Made by a program: the position numbers and the translations under genes
From: the human T2T-CHM13v2.0 reference genome, Homo sapiens
DNA: 64,000 nucleotides
Strand: one strand, 5' to 3'
Assembly: GCF_009914755.1 (NCBI RefSeq)
Contig: NC_060946.1
Shown here: piece after piece, positions 13,801 to 31,900 of the stretch
Numbering within the stretch: position 1 is the stretch's first letter
Layout of the letters: every line of letters starts with the position of its first letter
The notes under the pieces: model-generated
What the model saw: the letters and a program-made list of their open reading frames with translations, nothing else
The model's database searches: none
What the model was told of the DNA's origin: nothing

Positions 13801-15455
13801 TAAAATATGAAAGTACATCAAATATAGATTATATACTGTACATTAAATACCAAAGTACCCCAAATATATATTTTATACTGTACATGAAATATCAAAGTTC
13901 ACAAACTATATATTATATACTGTACATATAATATCAAAGTACCCGAGTTATATATTCTATACTGTACAAAAAATATCAAAGTACCAAAAGCATGTATTAT
14001 ATACTGTACCTTAAATATGAAAGTACATCAAATATATATTTTATTCTGTACATAAAATATCAAAGTACACCAGATATATATTCTATAGTGTACATAAAAT
14101 ATCAAAGTACCCAAACTATACATTATATACTGTACATAAAATATGAAATTACATCAAATATATATTAGGTACATAAAATATGAAAGTACATCAAATATAG
14201 ATTATATACTGTACATAAAATATCAAAGTACCCCAAATATATATTATATACTATACAAGAAATATCAAAGTTCACAAACTATGTATTATATACTGTACAT
14301 AAAATATCAAAGTACCCAAGGTATATATTCTATACTGTAGAAAAAATATCAAAGTACCCATAGCATGTATTATATACTGTACATAAAATATGAGACTACA
14401 TCAAATATATATTTTATTCTGTACATAAAATATCAAAGTACACCAGATATATATTCTATAGTGTACATAAAATATCAAAGTACCCAAACTATTTATTATA
14501 TACTGTACATAAAATATGAAATTACATCAAATATATATTATATTAGGTACATAAAATATGAAAGTACATCAAATATAGATTATATGCTGTACATTAAATA
14601 CCAAAGTACCCCAAATATATATTTTATACTGTACATGAAATATCAAAGTTCACAAACTATATATTATATACTGTACATAAAATATCAAAGTACCCTAGGT
14701 ATATATTCTATACTCTACCAAAAATATCAAAGTACCCAAAGAACGTATTATATACTGTACATAAAATATGAAAGTACATCAAATATATATTTTATTCTGT
14801 ACATAAAATATCAAAGTACACCAGATATATATTCTATAGTGTACATAAAATATCAAAGTACCCAAACTATACATTATATACTGTACATAAAATATGAAAT
14901 TACATCAAATCTCTATTAGGTACATAAAATATGAAAGTACATCAAATATAGATTATATACTGTACATTAAATACCAAAGTACCCCAAATATATATTTTAT
15001 ACTGTACATGAAATATCAAAGTTCACAAACTATATATTATATACTGTACATATAATATCAAAGTACCCAAGGTATATATTCTATACTGTACAAAAAATAA
15101 CAAAGTACCAAAAGCATGTATTATATACTGTACCTAAAATATGAAAGTACATCAAATATATATTTTATTCTGTACATAAAATATCAAAGTACACCAGATA
15201 TATATTCTATAGTGTACATAAAATATCAAAGTACCCAAACTATACATTATATACTGTACATAAAATATGAAATTACATGAAATATATTTTATATTAGGTA
15301 CATAAAATATGAAAGTATATCAAATATAGATTATATACTGTACATTAAATACCAAAGTACCCCAAATATATATTTTATACTGTACATGAAATATCAAAGT
15401 TCACAAACTATATATTATATACTGTACATAAAATATCAAAGTACCCAAGGTATAT

Positions 15456-18400
15456 ATTCTATACTGTACAAAAAATATCAAAGTACCCAAAGCATGTATT
15501 ATATACTGTACCTAAAATATGAAAGTACATCAAATATATATTTTATTCTGTACATAAAATATCAAAGTACACCAAATATATATTCTATAGTGTACATAAA
15601 ATATCAAAGTACCCAAACTATACATTATATACTGTACATAAAATATGAAATTACATCAAATATATATTATATTAGGTACATAAAATATGAAAGTACATCA
15701 AATATAGGTTATATACTGTACATAAAATATCAAAGTACCCCAAATATATATTATATACTCTACATGACATATCAAAGTTCACAAGGTATATATTATATAC
15801 TGTACATAAAATATCAAAGTACCCAAAGTATATATTCTATACTGCACAAAAAATATCAAAGTACCCAAAGCATGTATTATATACTGTACATAAAATATGA
15901 AAGTACATCGAATATATATCTTATTCTGTACATAAAATATCAAAGTACACCAGATATATATTCTATAGTGTACATAAAATATCAAAGTACCCAAACTATA
16001 CATTATATTCTGTACATAAAATATGAAATTACATCAAATATATATTAGGTACATAAAATATGAAAGTACATCAAATATAGATTATATACTGTACATAAAA
16101 TATCAAAGTACCCCAAATATATATTATATACTCTACATGAAATATCAAAGTTCACAAACTATATATTATATACTGTACTTAAAATATAAAATTACATCAA
16201 ATATATTTTATATTAGGTACATAAAATATGAAACTACATCAAATGTAGATTATATACTTTACATTAAATACCAAAGTACCCCAAATATATATTTTATACT
16301 GTACATGAAATATCAAAGTTCACAAACTATATATTATATACTGTACATATAATATCAAAGTACCCAAGGTATATATTCTATACTGTACAAAAAATAACAA
16401 AGTACCAAAAGCATGTATTATATACTGTACCTAAAATATGAAAGTACATCAAATATATATTTTATTCTGTACATAAAATATCAAAGTACACCAGTTATAT
16501 ATTCTATAGTGTACATAAAATATCAAAGTACCCAAACTATACATTACATACTGTACATAAAATATGAAATTACATCAAATATATATTATATTAGGTACAT
16601 AAAATATGAAAGTACATCAAATATAGATTATATACTGTACATAAAATATCAAAGTACCCCAAATATATATTATATACTCTACATGACATATCAAAGTTCA
16701 CAAGGTATATATTATATACTGTACATAAAATATCAAAGTACCCAAAGTATATATTCTATACTGCACAAAAAATATCAAAGTACCCAAAGCATGTATTATA
16801 TACTGTACATAAAATATGAAAGTACATCGAATATATATCTTATTCTGTACATAAAATATCAAAGTACACCAGATATATATTCTATAGTGTACATAAAATA
16901 TCAAAGTACCCAAACTATACATTATATTCTGTACATAAAATATGAAATTACATCAAATATATATTAGGTACATAAAATATGAAAGTACATCAAATATAGA
17001 TTATATACTGTACATAAAATATCAAAGTACCCCAAATATATATTATATACTCTACATGAAATATCAAAGTTCACAAACTATATATTATATACTGTACATA
17101 AAATATGAAATTACATCAAATATATTTTATATTAGGTACATAAAATATGAAAGTACATCAAATATAGATTATATACTTTACATTAAATACCAAAGTACCC
17201 CAAATATATATTTTATACTGTACATGAAATATCAAAATTCACAAACTATATATTATATACTGTACATATAATATCAAAGTACCCAAGGTATATATTCTAT
17301 ACTGTACAAAAAATAACAAAGTACCAAAAACATGTATTATATACTGTACCTAAAATATGAAATTACATCAAATATATATTTTATTCTGTACATAAAATAT
17401 CAAAGTACACCAGATATATATTCTATAGTGTACATAAAATATGAAAGTACCCAAACTATACATTATATACTGTACATAAAATATGAAATTACATCAAATA
17501 TATTTTATATTAGGTACATAAAATATGAAAGTACATCAAATATACATTATATACTGTACATTAAATACCAAAGTACCCCAAATATATATTTTATACTGTA
17601 CATGAAATATCAAAGTTCACAAACTATATATTATATAGTGCACATACAATATCAAAGTACCCAAGGTATATATTCTATACTGTACAAAAAATATCAAAGT
17701 ACCAAAAGCATGTATTATATACTGTACACAAAATATGAAAGTACATCAAATATACATTTTATTCTGTACATAAAATATCAAAGTACACCAGATACATATT
17801 CTGTAGTGTACATAAAATATCAAAGTACCCAAACTATACATTATATACTGTAAATAAAATGTGAAATTACATCAAATATATTTTATATTAGGTACATAAA
17901 ATGTGAAACTACATCAAATATAGATTATATACTGTACATTAAATACCAAAGTACCCCAAATATATATTTTATACTATACATGAAATATCAAAGTTCACAA
18001 ACTATATATTATATACTGTACATAAAATATCAAAGTACCCAAGGTATATATTCTATACTGTACAAAAAATATCAAAGTACCCAAAGCATGTATTATATAC
18101 TGTACGTTAAATATGAAAGTACATCAAATATATATTTTATTCTGTACATAATATATCAAAGTACACCAGATATATATTCTATAGTGTACATAAAATAACA
18201 AAGTACACAAACTATAAATTATATACTGTACATAAAATATGAAATTACATCAAATATATATTAGGTACATAAAATATGAAAGTACATCAAATTTAGATTA
18301 TATACTGTACATAAAATATCAATGTACCCCAAATATATATTTTATACTCTACATGAAATATCAAAGTTCACAAACCATATATTGTATACTGTACATAAAA

Positions 18401-21400
18401 TATCAAAGTACCCAAGGTATATATTCTATACTGTACAAAAAATATCAAAGTACCCAATGCATGTATTATACACTGTACATAAAATATGAAAGTACATCAA
18501 ATATATATTTTATTCTGTACATAAAATATCAAAGTACACCAGATATATATTCTATAGTGTCCATAAAATATCAAAGTACCCAAACTATACATTATATACT
18601 GTACATAAAATATGAAATTACATCAAATATATATTAGGTACATAAAATATGAAAGTACATCAAATATAGATTATATACTGTACATAAAATATGAGACTAC
18701 ATCAAATATATATTTTATTCTGTACATAAAATATCAAAGTACACCAGATATATATTCTATAGTGTACATAAAATATCAAAGTACCCAAACTATTTATTAT
18801 ATACTGTACATAAAATATGAAATTACATCAAATATATATTATATTAGGTACATAAAATATGAAAGTACATCAAATATAGATTATATGCTGTACATTAAAT
18901 ACCAAAGTACCCCAAATATATATTTTATACTGTACATGAAATATCAAAGTTCACAAACTATATATTATATACTGTACATAAAATATCAAAGTACCCTAGG
19001 TATATATTCTATACTGTACCAAAAATATCAAAGTACCCAAAGCACGTATTATATACTGTACATAAAATATGAAAGTACATCAAATATATATTTTATTCTG
19101 TACATAAAATATCAAAGTACACCAGATATATATTCTATAGTGTACATAAAATATCAAAGTACCCAAACTATACATTATATACTGTACATAAAATATGAAA
19201 TTACATCAAATCTCTATTAGGTACATAAAATATGAAAGTACATCAAATATAGATTATATACTGTACATAAAATATCAAAGTACCACAAATATATATTATA
19301 TACTCTACATGAAATATCAAAGTTCACAAACTATATATTATATACTGTACATAAAATATCAAAGTACCCAAGGTATATATTCTATACTGTACAAAAAATA
19401 TCAAAGTACCCAAAGCATGTATTAAATACTGTATATAAAATATGAAAGTACTTTAAATATATATTTTATTCTGTACATAAAATATCAAAGTACACCAGAT
19501 ATATAATCTATAGTGTACATAAAATTACAAAGTACACAAACTATAAATTATATACTGTACATAAAATATGAAATTACATCAAATATATATTAGGTACATA
19601 AAATATGAAAGTACATCAAATATAGATTATATACTGTACATATAATATCAATGTACCACAAATATATATTTTATACTCTACATGAAATATCAAAGTTCAC
19701 AAGCTATATATTATATACTGTACATAAAATATCAAAGTACCCAAGGTATATATTCTATACTGTACAAAAAATATCAAAGTACCCAAAGCATGTATTATAT
19801 ACTGTACATAAAATATGAAAGTACATCGAATATATATTTTATTCTGTACATAAAATATCAAAGTACACCAGATATATATTCTATAGTGTACATAAAATAT
19901 CAAAGTACCCAAACTATACATTATATTCTGTACATAAAATATGAAATTACATCAAATATATATTAGGTACATAAAATACGAAAGTACATCAAATATAGAT
20001 TATATACTGTACATAAAATATCAAAGTACCCCAAATATATATTATATACTCTACATGAAATATCAAAGTTCACAAACTCTATATTATATACTGTACATAA
20101 AATATGAAATTACATCAAATATATTTTATATTAGGTACATAAAATATGAAAGTACATCAAATATAGATTATATACTTTACATTAAATACCAAAGTACACC
20201 AAATATATATTTTATACTGTACATGAAATATCAAAGTTCACAAACTATATATTATATACTGTACATATAATATCAAAGTACCCAAGGTATATATTCTATA
20301 CTGTACAAAAAATAACAAAGTACCAAAAGCATGTATTATATATTGTACCTAAAATGTGAAAGTACATCAAATATATATTTTATTCTGTACATAAAATATC
20401 AAAGTACATCAGATATATATTCTATAGTGTACATAAAATATCAAAGTACCCAAACTATACATTATATACTGTACATAAAATATGAAATTACATCAAATAT
20501 ATTTTATATTAGGTACATAAAATATGAAAGTACATCAAATATAGATTATATACTGTACATTAAATACCAAAGTACCCCAAATATATATTTTATACTGTAC
20601 ATGAAATATCAAAGTTCACAAACTATATATTATATAGTGCACATAAAATATCAAAGTACCCAAGGTATATATTCTATACTGTACAAAAAATATCAAAGTA
20701 CCAAAAGCATGTATTATATACTGTACACAAAATATGAAAGTACATCAAATATACATTTTATTCTGTACATAAAATATCAAAGTACACCAGATACATATTC
20801 TATAGTGTACATAAAATATCAAAGTACCCAAACTATACATTATATACTGTAAATAAAATGTGAAATTACATCAAATATATTTTATATTAGGTACATAAAA
20901 TATGAAAGTACATCAAATATAGATTATATACTGTACATTAAATACCAAAGTACCCCAAATATATATTTTATACTATACATGAAATATCAAAGTTCACAAA
21001 CTATATATTATATACTGTACATAAAATATCAAAGTACCCAAGGTATATATTCTATACTGTACAAAAAATATCAAAGTACCCAAAGCATGTATTATATACT
21101 GTACATTAAATATGAAAGTACATCAAATATATATTTTATTCTGTACATAATATATCAAAGTACACCAGATATATATTCTATAGTGTACATAAAATAACAA
21201 AGTACACAAACTATAGATTATATACTGTACATAAAATATGAAATTACATCAAATATATATTGGGTACATAAAATATGAAAGTACATCAAATTTAGATTAT
21301 ATACTGTACATAAAATATCAATGTACCCGAAATATATATTTTATACTCTACATGAAATATCAAAGTTCACAAACCATATGTTGTATACTGTACATAAAAT

Positions 21401-24400
21401 ATCAAAGTACCCAAGGTTTATATTCTATACTGTACAAAAAATATCAAAGTACCCAATGCACGTATTATACACTGTACATAAAATATGAAAGTACATCAAA
21501 TATATATTTATTCTGTACATAAAATATCAAAGTACACCAGATATATATTCTATAGTGTACATAAAATATCAAAGTACCCAAACTATACATTATATACTGT
21601 ACATAAAATATGAAATTACATCAAATATATATTAGGTACATAAAATATGAAAGTACATCAAATATAGATTATATACTGTACATAAAATATCAATGTACCC
21701 CAAATATATATTTTATACTCTACATTAAATATCAAAGTTCAGAAACTATATATTATATACTGTACATAAAATATCAAAGTACCCAAGGTATATATTCTAT
21801 ACTGTACAAAAAATATCAAAGTACCCAAAGCATGTATTATATACTGTACCTAAAATATGAAAGTACATCAAATATATATTTTATTCTGTACATAAAATAT
21901 CAAAGTACACCAGATGTATATTCTATAGTGTACATAAAATATCAAAGTACCCAAACTATACATTATATAATGTACATAAAATATGAAATTACATCAAATA
22001 TATATTATATTAGGTACATAAAATATGAAAGTACATCAAATATAGATTATACACACTACATAAAATATCAAAGTACCCCAAATATATATTATATACTCTA
22101 CATGAAATATCAAAGTTTGTAAACTATATATTATATACTGTACATAAAATAAAGTCCCCAAGGTATATATTCTATACTGTAGATAAAATACCAAAGTACC
22201 CAAAGCATGTATTATATACTGTATATAAAATATGGAAGTACATCAAATATATATTTTATTCTGTACATAAAATATCAAAGTACACCAGATATATATTCTA
22301 TAGTGTACATAAAATAACAAACTACAAAAACTATAAATTATATACTATACATAAAATATGAAATTACATCAAATATATATTAGGTACATAAAATATGAAA
22401 GTACATCAAATATAGATTATATACTGTACATAAAATTTCAATGTACCCCAAATATATATTTTATACTCTACATGAAATATCAAAGTTCACAAACTATATA
22501 TTATATACTGTACATAAAATATCAAAGTACCCAAGGAATATATTCTATACTATACAAAAAATATCAAAGTACCCAAAGCATGTATTATATACTGTACCTA
22601 AAATATGAAAGTACATCAAATATATATTTTATTCTGTACATAAAATATCAAAGTACACCAGATATATATTCTATAGTGTACATAAAATATCAAAGTACCC
22701 AAACTATACATTATATACTGTCCATAAAATATGAAATTACATCAAATATATTTTATATTAGGTACATAAAATATAAAAGTACATCAAATATAGATTATAT
22801 ACTGTACATTAAATACCAAAGTACCCCAAATATATATTTTATACTGTACATGAAATATCAAAGTTCACAAACTATATATTATATACTGTACATATAATAT
22901 CAAAGTACCCAAGGTATATATTCTATACTGTACAAAAAAAAAGTACCAAAAGCATGTATAATATACTGTATATAAAATATGAAAGTACATCAAATATATA
23001 TTTTATTCTGTACATAAAATATCAAAGTACACCAGATATGTATTCTATAGTGTACATAAAATATCAAAGTACCCAAACTATACATTATATACTGTACATA
23101 AAATATGAAATTACATCAAATATATATTATATTAGGTACATAAAATATCAAAGTACATCAAATATAGATTATATACTGTACATAAAATATCAAAGTACCC
23201 CAAATATATATTATATACTCTACATGAAATATCAAAGTACACAAGCTATATATTATATACTGTACATAAAATATCAAAGTACCCAAGGTATATATTCTAT
23301 ACTGCACAAAAAATATCAAAGTACCCAAAGCATGTATTATATACTGTACATAAAATATGAAAGTACATCGAATATATATTTTATTCTGTACATAAAATAT
23401 CAAAGTACACCAGATATATATTCTATAGTGTACATAAAATATCAAAGTACCCAAACTATACATTATATTCTGTACATAAAATATGAAATTACATCAAATA
23501 TATATTAGGTACATAAAATATGAAAGTACATCAAATATAGATTATATAGTGTACATAAAATATCAAAGTACCCCAAATATATATTATATACTCTACATGA
23601 AATATCAAAGTTCACAAACTATATATTATATACTGTACATAAAATATCAAAGTACCCAAGGTATATATTCTATACTGCACAAAAAATATCAAAGTACCCA
23701 AAGCATGTATTATATACTGTATATAAAATATGAAAGTACATCAAATATATATTTTATTCTGTACATAAAATATCAAAGTAAACCAGATATATATTCCACA
23801 GTGTACATAAAATAACAAAGTACACAAACTATAAATTATATACTGTACATAAAATATGAAATTACATCAAATATATACTAGGTACATAAAATATGAAAGT
23901 ACATCAAATATAGATTATATACTGTACATAAAATATCAATGTACCCCAAATATATATTTTATACTCTACATGAAATATCAAAGTTCACAAACCATATATT
24001 ATATACTGTACATAAAATATCAAAGTACCCAAGGTATATATTCTATACTGTACAAAAAATATCAAAGTACACAAAGCATGTATTATATACTGTACATAAA
24101 ATATGAAAGTACATCAAATATATATTTTATTCTGTACAAAAAAATCAAAGTGCACCAGACATATATTCTATAGTGTACATAAAATATCAAAGTACCCAAA
24201 CTATACATTATATACTGTACATAAAATATGAAATTACATCAAATATATTTTATATTAGGTACATAAAATATGAAAGTACATCAAATATAGATTATATACT
24301 GTACATTAAATACCAAAGTACCCCAAATATATATTTTATACTGTACATGAAATATCAAAGTTCACAAACTATATATTATATACTGTACATATAATATCAA

Positions 24401-25918
24401 AGTACCCGAGTTATATATTCTATACTGTACAAAAAATATCAAAGTACCAAAAGCATGTATTATATACTGTACCTTAAATATGAAAGTACATCAAATATAT
24501 ATTTTATTCTGTACATAAAATATCAAAGTACACCAGATATATATTCTATAGTGTACATAAAATATCAAAGTACCCAAACTATACATTATATACTGTACAT
24601 AAAATATGAAATTACATCAAATATATATTAGGTACATAAAATATGAAAGTACATCAAATATAGATTATATACTGTACATAAAATATCAAAGTACCCCAAA
24701 TATATATTATATACTATACATGAAATATCAAAGTTCACAAACTATATATTATATACTGTACATAAAATATCAAAGTACCCAAGGTATATATTCTATACTG
24801 TAGAAAAAATATCAAAGTACCCATAGCATGTATTATATACTGTACATAAAATATGAGACTACATCAAATATATATTTTATTCTGTACATAAAATATCAAA
24901 GTACACCAGATATATATTCTATAGTGTACATAAAATATCAAAGTACCCAAACTATTTATTATATACTGTACATAAAATATGAAATTACATCAAATATATA
25001 TTATATTAGGTACATAAAATATGAAAGTACATCAAATATAGATTATATGCTGTACATTAAATACCAAAGTACCCCAAATATATATTTTATACTGTACATG
25101 AAATATCAAAGTTCACAAACTATATATTATATACTGTACATAAAATATCAAAGTACCCTAGGTATATATTCTATACTCTACCAAAAATATCAAAGTACCC
25201 AAAGAACGTATTATATACTGTACATAAAATATGAAAGTACATCAAATATATATTTTATTCTGTACATAAAATATCAAAGTACACCAGATATATATTCTAT
25301 AGTGTACATAAAATATCAAAGTACCCAAACTATACATTATATACTGTACATAAAATATGAAATTACATCAAATCTCTATTAGGTACATAAAATATGAAAG
25401 TACATCAAATATAGATTATATACTGTACATTAAATACCAAAGTACCCCAAATATATATTTTATACTGTACATGAAATATCAAAGTTCACAAACTATATAT
25501 TATATACTGTACATATAATATCAAAGTACCCAAGGTATATATTCTATACTGTACAAAAAATAACAAAGTACCAAAAGCATGTATTATATACTGTACCTAA
25601 AATATGAAAGTACATCAAATATATATTTTATTCTGTACATAAAATATCAAAGTACACCAGATATATATTCTATAGTGTACATAAAATATCAAAGTACCCA
25701 AACTATACATTATATACTGTACATAAAATATGAAATTACATGAAATATATTTTATATTAGGTACATAAAATATGAAAGTATATCAAATATAGATTATATA
25801 CTGTACATTAAATACCAAAGTACCCCAAATATATATTTTATACTGTACATGAAATATCAAAGTTCACAAACTATATATTATATACTGTACATAAAATATC
25901 AAAGTACCCAAGGTATAT
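15456..25918 (+). repeat. Left-domain macro-repeat copy 2 (10,463 bp; lacks 1,675-bp and 4,064-bp internal segments)
   Basis: Offsets to copy 1 step through 15,455, 13,780 (4200/17980), 14,153 (8205/22358), 14,527 (8956/23483) and 10,463 (13393/23856, 14365/24828). Confidence 0.88.
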
Positions 25919-28900
25919 ATTCTATACTGTACAAAAAATATCAAAGTACCCAAAGCATGTATTATATACTGTACCTAAAATATGAAAGTACATCAAATAT
26001 ATATTTTATTCTGTACATAAAATATCAAAGTACACCAAATATATATTCTATAGTGTACATAAAATATCAAATTACCCAAACTATACATTATATACTGTAC
26101 ATAAAATATGAAATTACATCAAATATATATTATATTAGGTACATAAAATATGAAAGTACATCAAATATAGGTTATATACTGTACATAAAATATCAAAGTA
26201 CCCCAAATATATATTATATACTCTACATGACATATCAAAGTTCACAAGGTATATATTATATACTGTACATAAAATATCAAAGTACCCAAAGTATATATTC
26301 TATACTGCACAAAAAATATCAAAGTACCCAAAGCATGTATTATATACTGTACATAAAATATGAAAGTACATCGAATATATATCTTATTCTGTACATAAAA
26401 TATCAAAGTACACCAGATATATATTCTATAGTGTACATAAAATATCAAAGTACCCAAACTATACATTATATTCTGTACATAAAATATGAAATTACATCAA
26501 ATATATATTAGGTACATAAAATATGAAAGTACATCAAATATAGATTATATACTGTACATAAAATATCAAAGTACCCCAAATATATATTATATACTCTACA
26601 TGAAATATCAAAGTTCACAAACTATATATTATATACTGTACTTAAAATATAAAATTACATCAAATATATTTTATATTAGGTACATAAAATATGAAACTAC
26701 ATCAAATGTAGATTATATACTTTACATTAAATACCAAAGTACCCCAAATATATATTTTATACTGTACATGAAATATCAAAGTTCACAAACTATATATTAT
26801 ATACTGTACATATAATATCAAAGTACCCAAGGTATATATTCTATACTGTACAAAAAATAACAAAGTACCAAAAGCATGTATTATATACTGTACCTAAAAT
26901 ATGAAAGTACATCAAATATATATTTTATTCTGTACATAAAATATCAAAGTACACCAGTTATATATTCTATAGTGTACATAAAATATCAAAGTACCCAAAC
27001 TATACATTACATACTGTACATAAAATATGAAATTACATCAAATATATATTATATTAGGTACATAAAATATGAAAGTACATCAAATATAGATTATATACTG
27101 TACATAAAATATCAAAGTACCCCAAATATATATTATATACTCTACATGACATATCAAAGTTCACAAGGTATATATTATATACTGTACATAAAATATCAAA
27201 GTACCCAAAGTATATATTCTATACTGCACAAAAAATATCAAAGTACCCAAAGCATGTATTATATACTGTACATAAAATATGAAAGTACATCGAATATATA
27301 TCTTATTCTGTACATAAAATATCAAAGTACACCAGATATATATTCTATAGTGTACATAAAATATCAAAGTACCCAAACTATACATTATATTCTGTACATA
27401 AAATATGAAATTACATCAAATATATATTAGGTACATAAAATATGAAAGTACATCAAATATAGATTATATACTGTACATAAAATATCAAAGAACCCCAAAT
27501 ATATATTATATACTCTACATGAAATATCAAAGTTCACAAACTATATATTATATACTGTACATAAAATATGAAATTACATCAAATATATTTTATATTAGGT
27601 ACATAAAATATGAAAGTACATCAAATATAGATTATATACTTTACATTAAATACCAAAGTACCCCAAATATATATTTTATACTGTACATGAAATATCAAAA
27701 TTCACAAACTATATATTATATACTGTACATATAATATCAAAGTACCCAAGGTATATATTCTATACTGTACAAAAAATAACAAAGTACCAAAAACATGTAT
27801 TATATACTGTACCTAAAATATGAAATTACATCAAATATATATTTTATTCTGTACATAAAATATCAAAGTACACCAGATATATATTCTATAGTGTACATAA
27901 AATATCAAAGTACCCAAACTATACATTATATACTGTAAATAAAATATGAAATTACATCAAATATATATTATATTAGGTACATAAAATATGAAAGTACATC
28001 AAATATAGATTATATACTGTACATTAAATACCAAAGTACCCCAAATATATATTTTATACTGTACATGAAATATCAAAGTTCACAAACTATATATTATATA
28101 CTGTACATATAATATCAAAGTACCCAGGGTATATATTCTATACTGTACAAAAAATATCAAAGCACCAAAAGCATGTATTATATACTGTACATAAAATATG
28201 AAAGTACATTAAATATATATTTTATTCTGTACATAAAATATCAAAGTACGCCAGATATATATTCTATAGTGTACATAAAATATCAAAGTACCCAAACTAT
28301 ACATTATATACTGTACATAAAATATGAAATTACATCAAATATATATTATATTAGGTACATAAAATATGAAAGTACATCAAATATAGATTATATACTGTAC
28401 ATTAAATACCAAAGTACCCCAAATATATATTTTATACTGTACATGAAATATCAAAGTTCACAAACTATATATTATATACTGTACATAAAATATCAAAGTA
28501 CCCAAGGTATATATTCTCTACTCTACAAAAAATATCAAAGTACCCAAAGCATGTATTATATACTGTACCTAAAATATGAAAGTACATCAAATATATATTT
28601 TATTCTGTACATAAAATATCAAAGTACACCAGGTATATATTCTATAGTGTACATAAAATATCAAAGTACCCAAACTATACATTATATACTGTACATAAAA
28701 TATGAAATTACATCAAATATATATTATATTAGGTACATAAAATATGAAAGTACATCAAATATAGATTATATACTGTACATAAAATATCAAAGTACCCCAA
28801 ATATATATTATATACTCTACAAGAAATATCAAAGTTCACAAGCTATATATTATATACTGTACATAAAATATCAAAGTACCCAAGGTATATATTCTATACT

Positions 28901-31900
28901 GCACAAAAAATATCAAAGTACCCAAAGCATGTATTATATACTGTACATAAAATATGAAAGTACATCGAATATATATTTTATTCTGTACGTAAAATATCAA
29001 AGTACACCAGATATATATTCTATAGTGTACATAAAATATCAAAGTACCCAAACTATACATTATATTCTGTACATAAAATATGAAATTACATCAAATATAT
29101 ATTAGGTACATAAAATATGAAAGTACATCAAATATAGATTATATACTGTACATAAAATATCAAAGTAACCCAAATATATATTATATACTCTACATGAAAT
29201 ATCAAAGTTCACAAACTATATATTATATACTGTACATAAAATATGAAATTACATCAAATATATTTTATATTAGGTACATAAAATATGAAAGTACATCAAA
29301 TATAGATTATATACTTTACATTAAATACCAAAGTACCCCAAATATATATTTTATACTGTACATGAAATATCAAAGTTCACAAACTATATATTATATACTG
29401 TACATATAATATCAAAGTACCCAAGGTATATATTCTATACTATACAAAAAATAACAAAGTACCAAAAGCATGTATTATATACTGTACCTAAAATGTGAAA
29501 GTACATCAAATATATATTTTATTCTGTACATAAAATATCAAAGTACATCAGATATATATTCTATAGTGTACATAAAATATGAAAGTACCCAAACTATACA
29601 TTATATACTGTACATAAAATATGAAATTACATCAAATATATTTTATATTAGGTACATAAAATATGAAAGTACATCAAATATACATTATATACTGTACATT
29701 AAATACCAAAGTACCCCAAATATATATTTTATACTGTACATGAAATATCAAAGTTCACAAACTATATATTATATAGTGCACATACAATATCAAAGTACCC
29801 AAGGTATATATTCTATACTGTACAAAAAATATCAAAGTACCAAAAGCATGTATTATATACTGTACACAAAATATGAAAGTACATCAAATATACATTTTAT
29901 TCTGTACATAAAATATCAAAGTACACCAGATACATATTCTGTAGTGTACATAAAATATCAAAGTACCCAAACTATACATTATATACTGTAAATAATATGT
30001 GAAATTACATCAAATATATTTTATATTAGGTACATAAAATGTGAAACTACATCAAATATAGATTATATACTGTACATTAAATACCAAAGTACCCCAAATA
30101 TATATTTTATACTATACATGAAATATCAAAGTTCACAAACTATATATTATATACTGTACATAAAATATCAAAGTACCCAAGGTATATATTCTATACTGTA
30201 CAAAAAATATCAAAGTACCCAAAGCATGTATTATATACTGTACGTTAAATATGAAAGTACATCAAATATATATTTTATTCTGTACATAATATATCAAAGT
30301 ACACCAGATATATATTCTATAGTGTACATAAAATAACAAAGTACACAAACTATAAATTATATACTGTACATAAAATATGAAATTACATCAAATATATATT
30401 AGGTACATAAAATATGAAAGTACATCAAATTTAGATTATATACTGTACATAAAATATCAATGTACCCCAAATATATATTTTATACTCTACATGAAATATC
30501 AAAGTTCACAAACCATATATTGTATACTGTACATAAAATATCAAAGTACCCAAGGTATATATTCTATACTGTACAAAAAATATCAAAGTACCCAATGCAT
30601 GTATTATACACTGTACATAAAATATGAAAGTACATCAAATATATATTTTATTCTGTACATAAAATATCAAAGTACACCAGATATATATTCTATATTGTCC
30701 ATAAAATATCAAAGTACCCAAACTATACATTATATACTGTACATAAAATATGAAATTACATCAAATATATATTAGGTACATAAAATATGAAAGTACATCA
30801 AATATAGATTATATACTGTACATAAAATATGAGACTACATCAAATATATATTTTATTCTGTACATAAAATATCAAAGTACACCAGATATATATTCTATAG
30901 TGTACATAAAATATCAAAGTACCCAAACTATTTATTATATACTGTACATAAAATATGAAATTACATCAAATATATATTATATTAGGTACATAAAATATGA
31001 AAGTACATCAAATATAGATTATATGCTGTACATTAAATACCAAAGTACCCCAAATATATATTTTATACTGTACATGAAATATCAAAGTTCACAAACTATA
31101 TATTATATACTGTACATAAAATATCAAAGTACCCTAGGTATATATTCTATACTGTACCAAAAATATCAAAGTACCCAAAGCACGTATTATATACTGTACA
31201 TAAAATATGAAAGTACATCAAATATATATTTTATTCTGTACATAAAATATCAAAGTACACCAGATATATATTCTATAGTGTACATAAAATATCAAAGTAC
31301 CCAAACTATACATTATATACTGTACATAAAATATGAAATTACATCAAATCTCTATTAGGTACATAAAATATGAAAGTACATCAAATATAGATTATATACT
31401 GTACATAATATATCAAAGTACCACAAATATATATTATATACTCTACATGAAATATCAAAGTTCACAAACTATATATTATATACTGTACATAAAATATCAA
31501 AGTACCCAAGGTATATATTCTATACTGTACAAAAAATATCAAAGTACCCAAAGCATGTATTAAATACTGTATATAAAATATGAAAGTACTTTAAATATAT
31601 ATTTTATTCTGTACATAAAATATCAAAGTACACCAGATATATAATCTATAGTGTACATAAAATTACAAAGTACACAAACTATAAATTATATACTGTACAT
31701 AAAATATGAAATTACATCAAATATATATTTGGTACATAAAATATGAAAGTACATCAAATATAGATTATATACTGTACATATAATATCAATGTACCACAAA
31801 TATATATTTTATACTCTACATGAAATATCAAAGTTCACAAGCTATATATTATATACTGTACATAAAATATCAAAGTACCCAAGGTATATATTCTATACTG

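Larger units (their letters stand above)
1..15455 (+). repeat. Left-domain macro-repeat copy 1 (15,455 bp as phased to the window start)
   Basis: Identical variant-bearing ORFs at offset 15,455 (568/16023, 958/16413, 1487/16942). Shared rare markers include ATAGGTTAT, CATGACATATC and CCAGTTATA. Confidence 0.88.
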
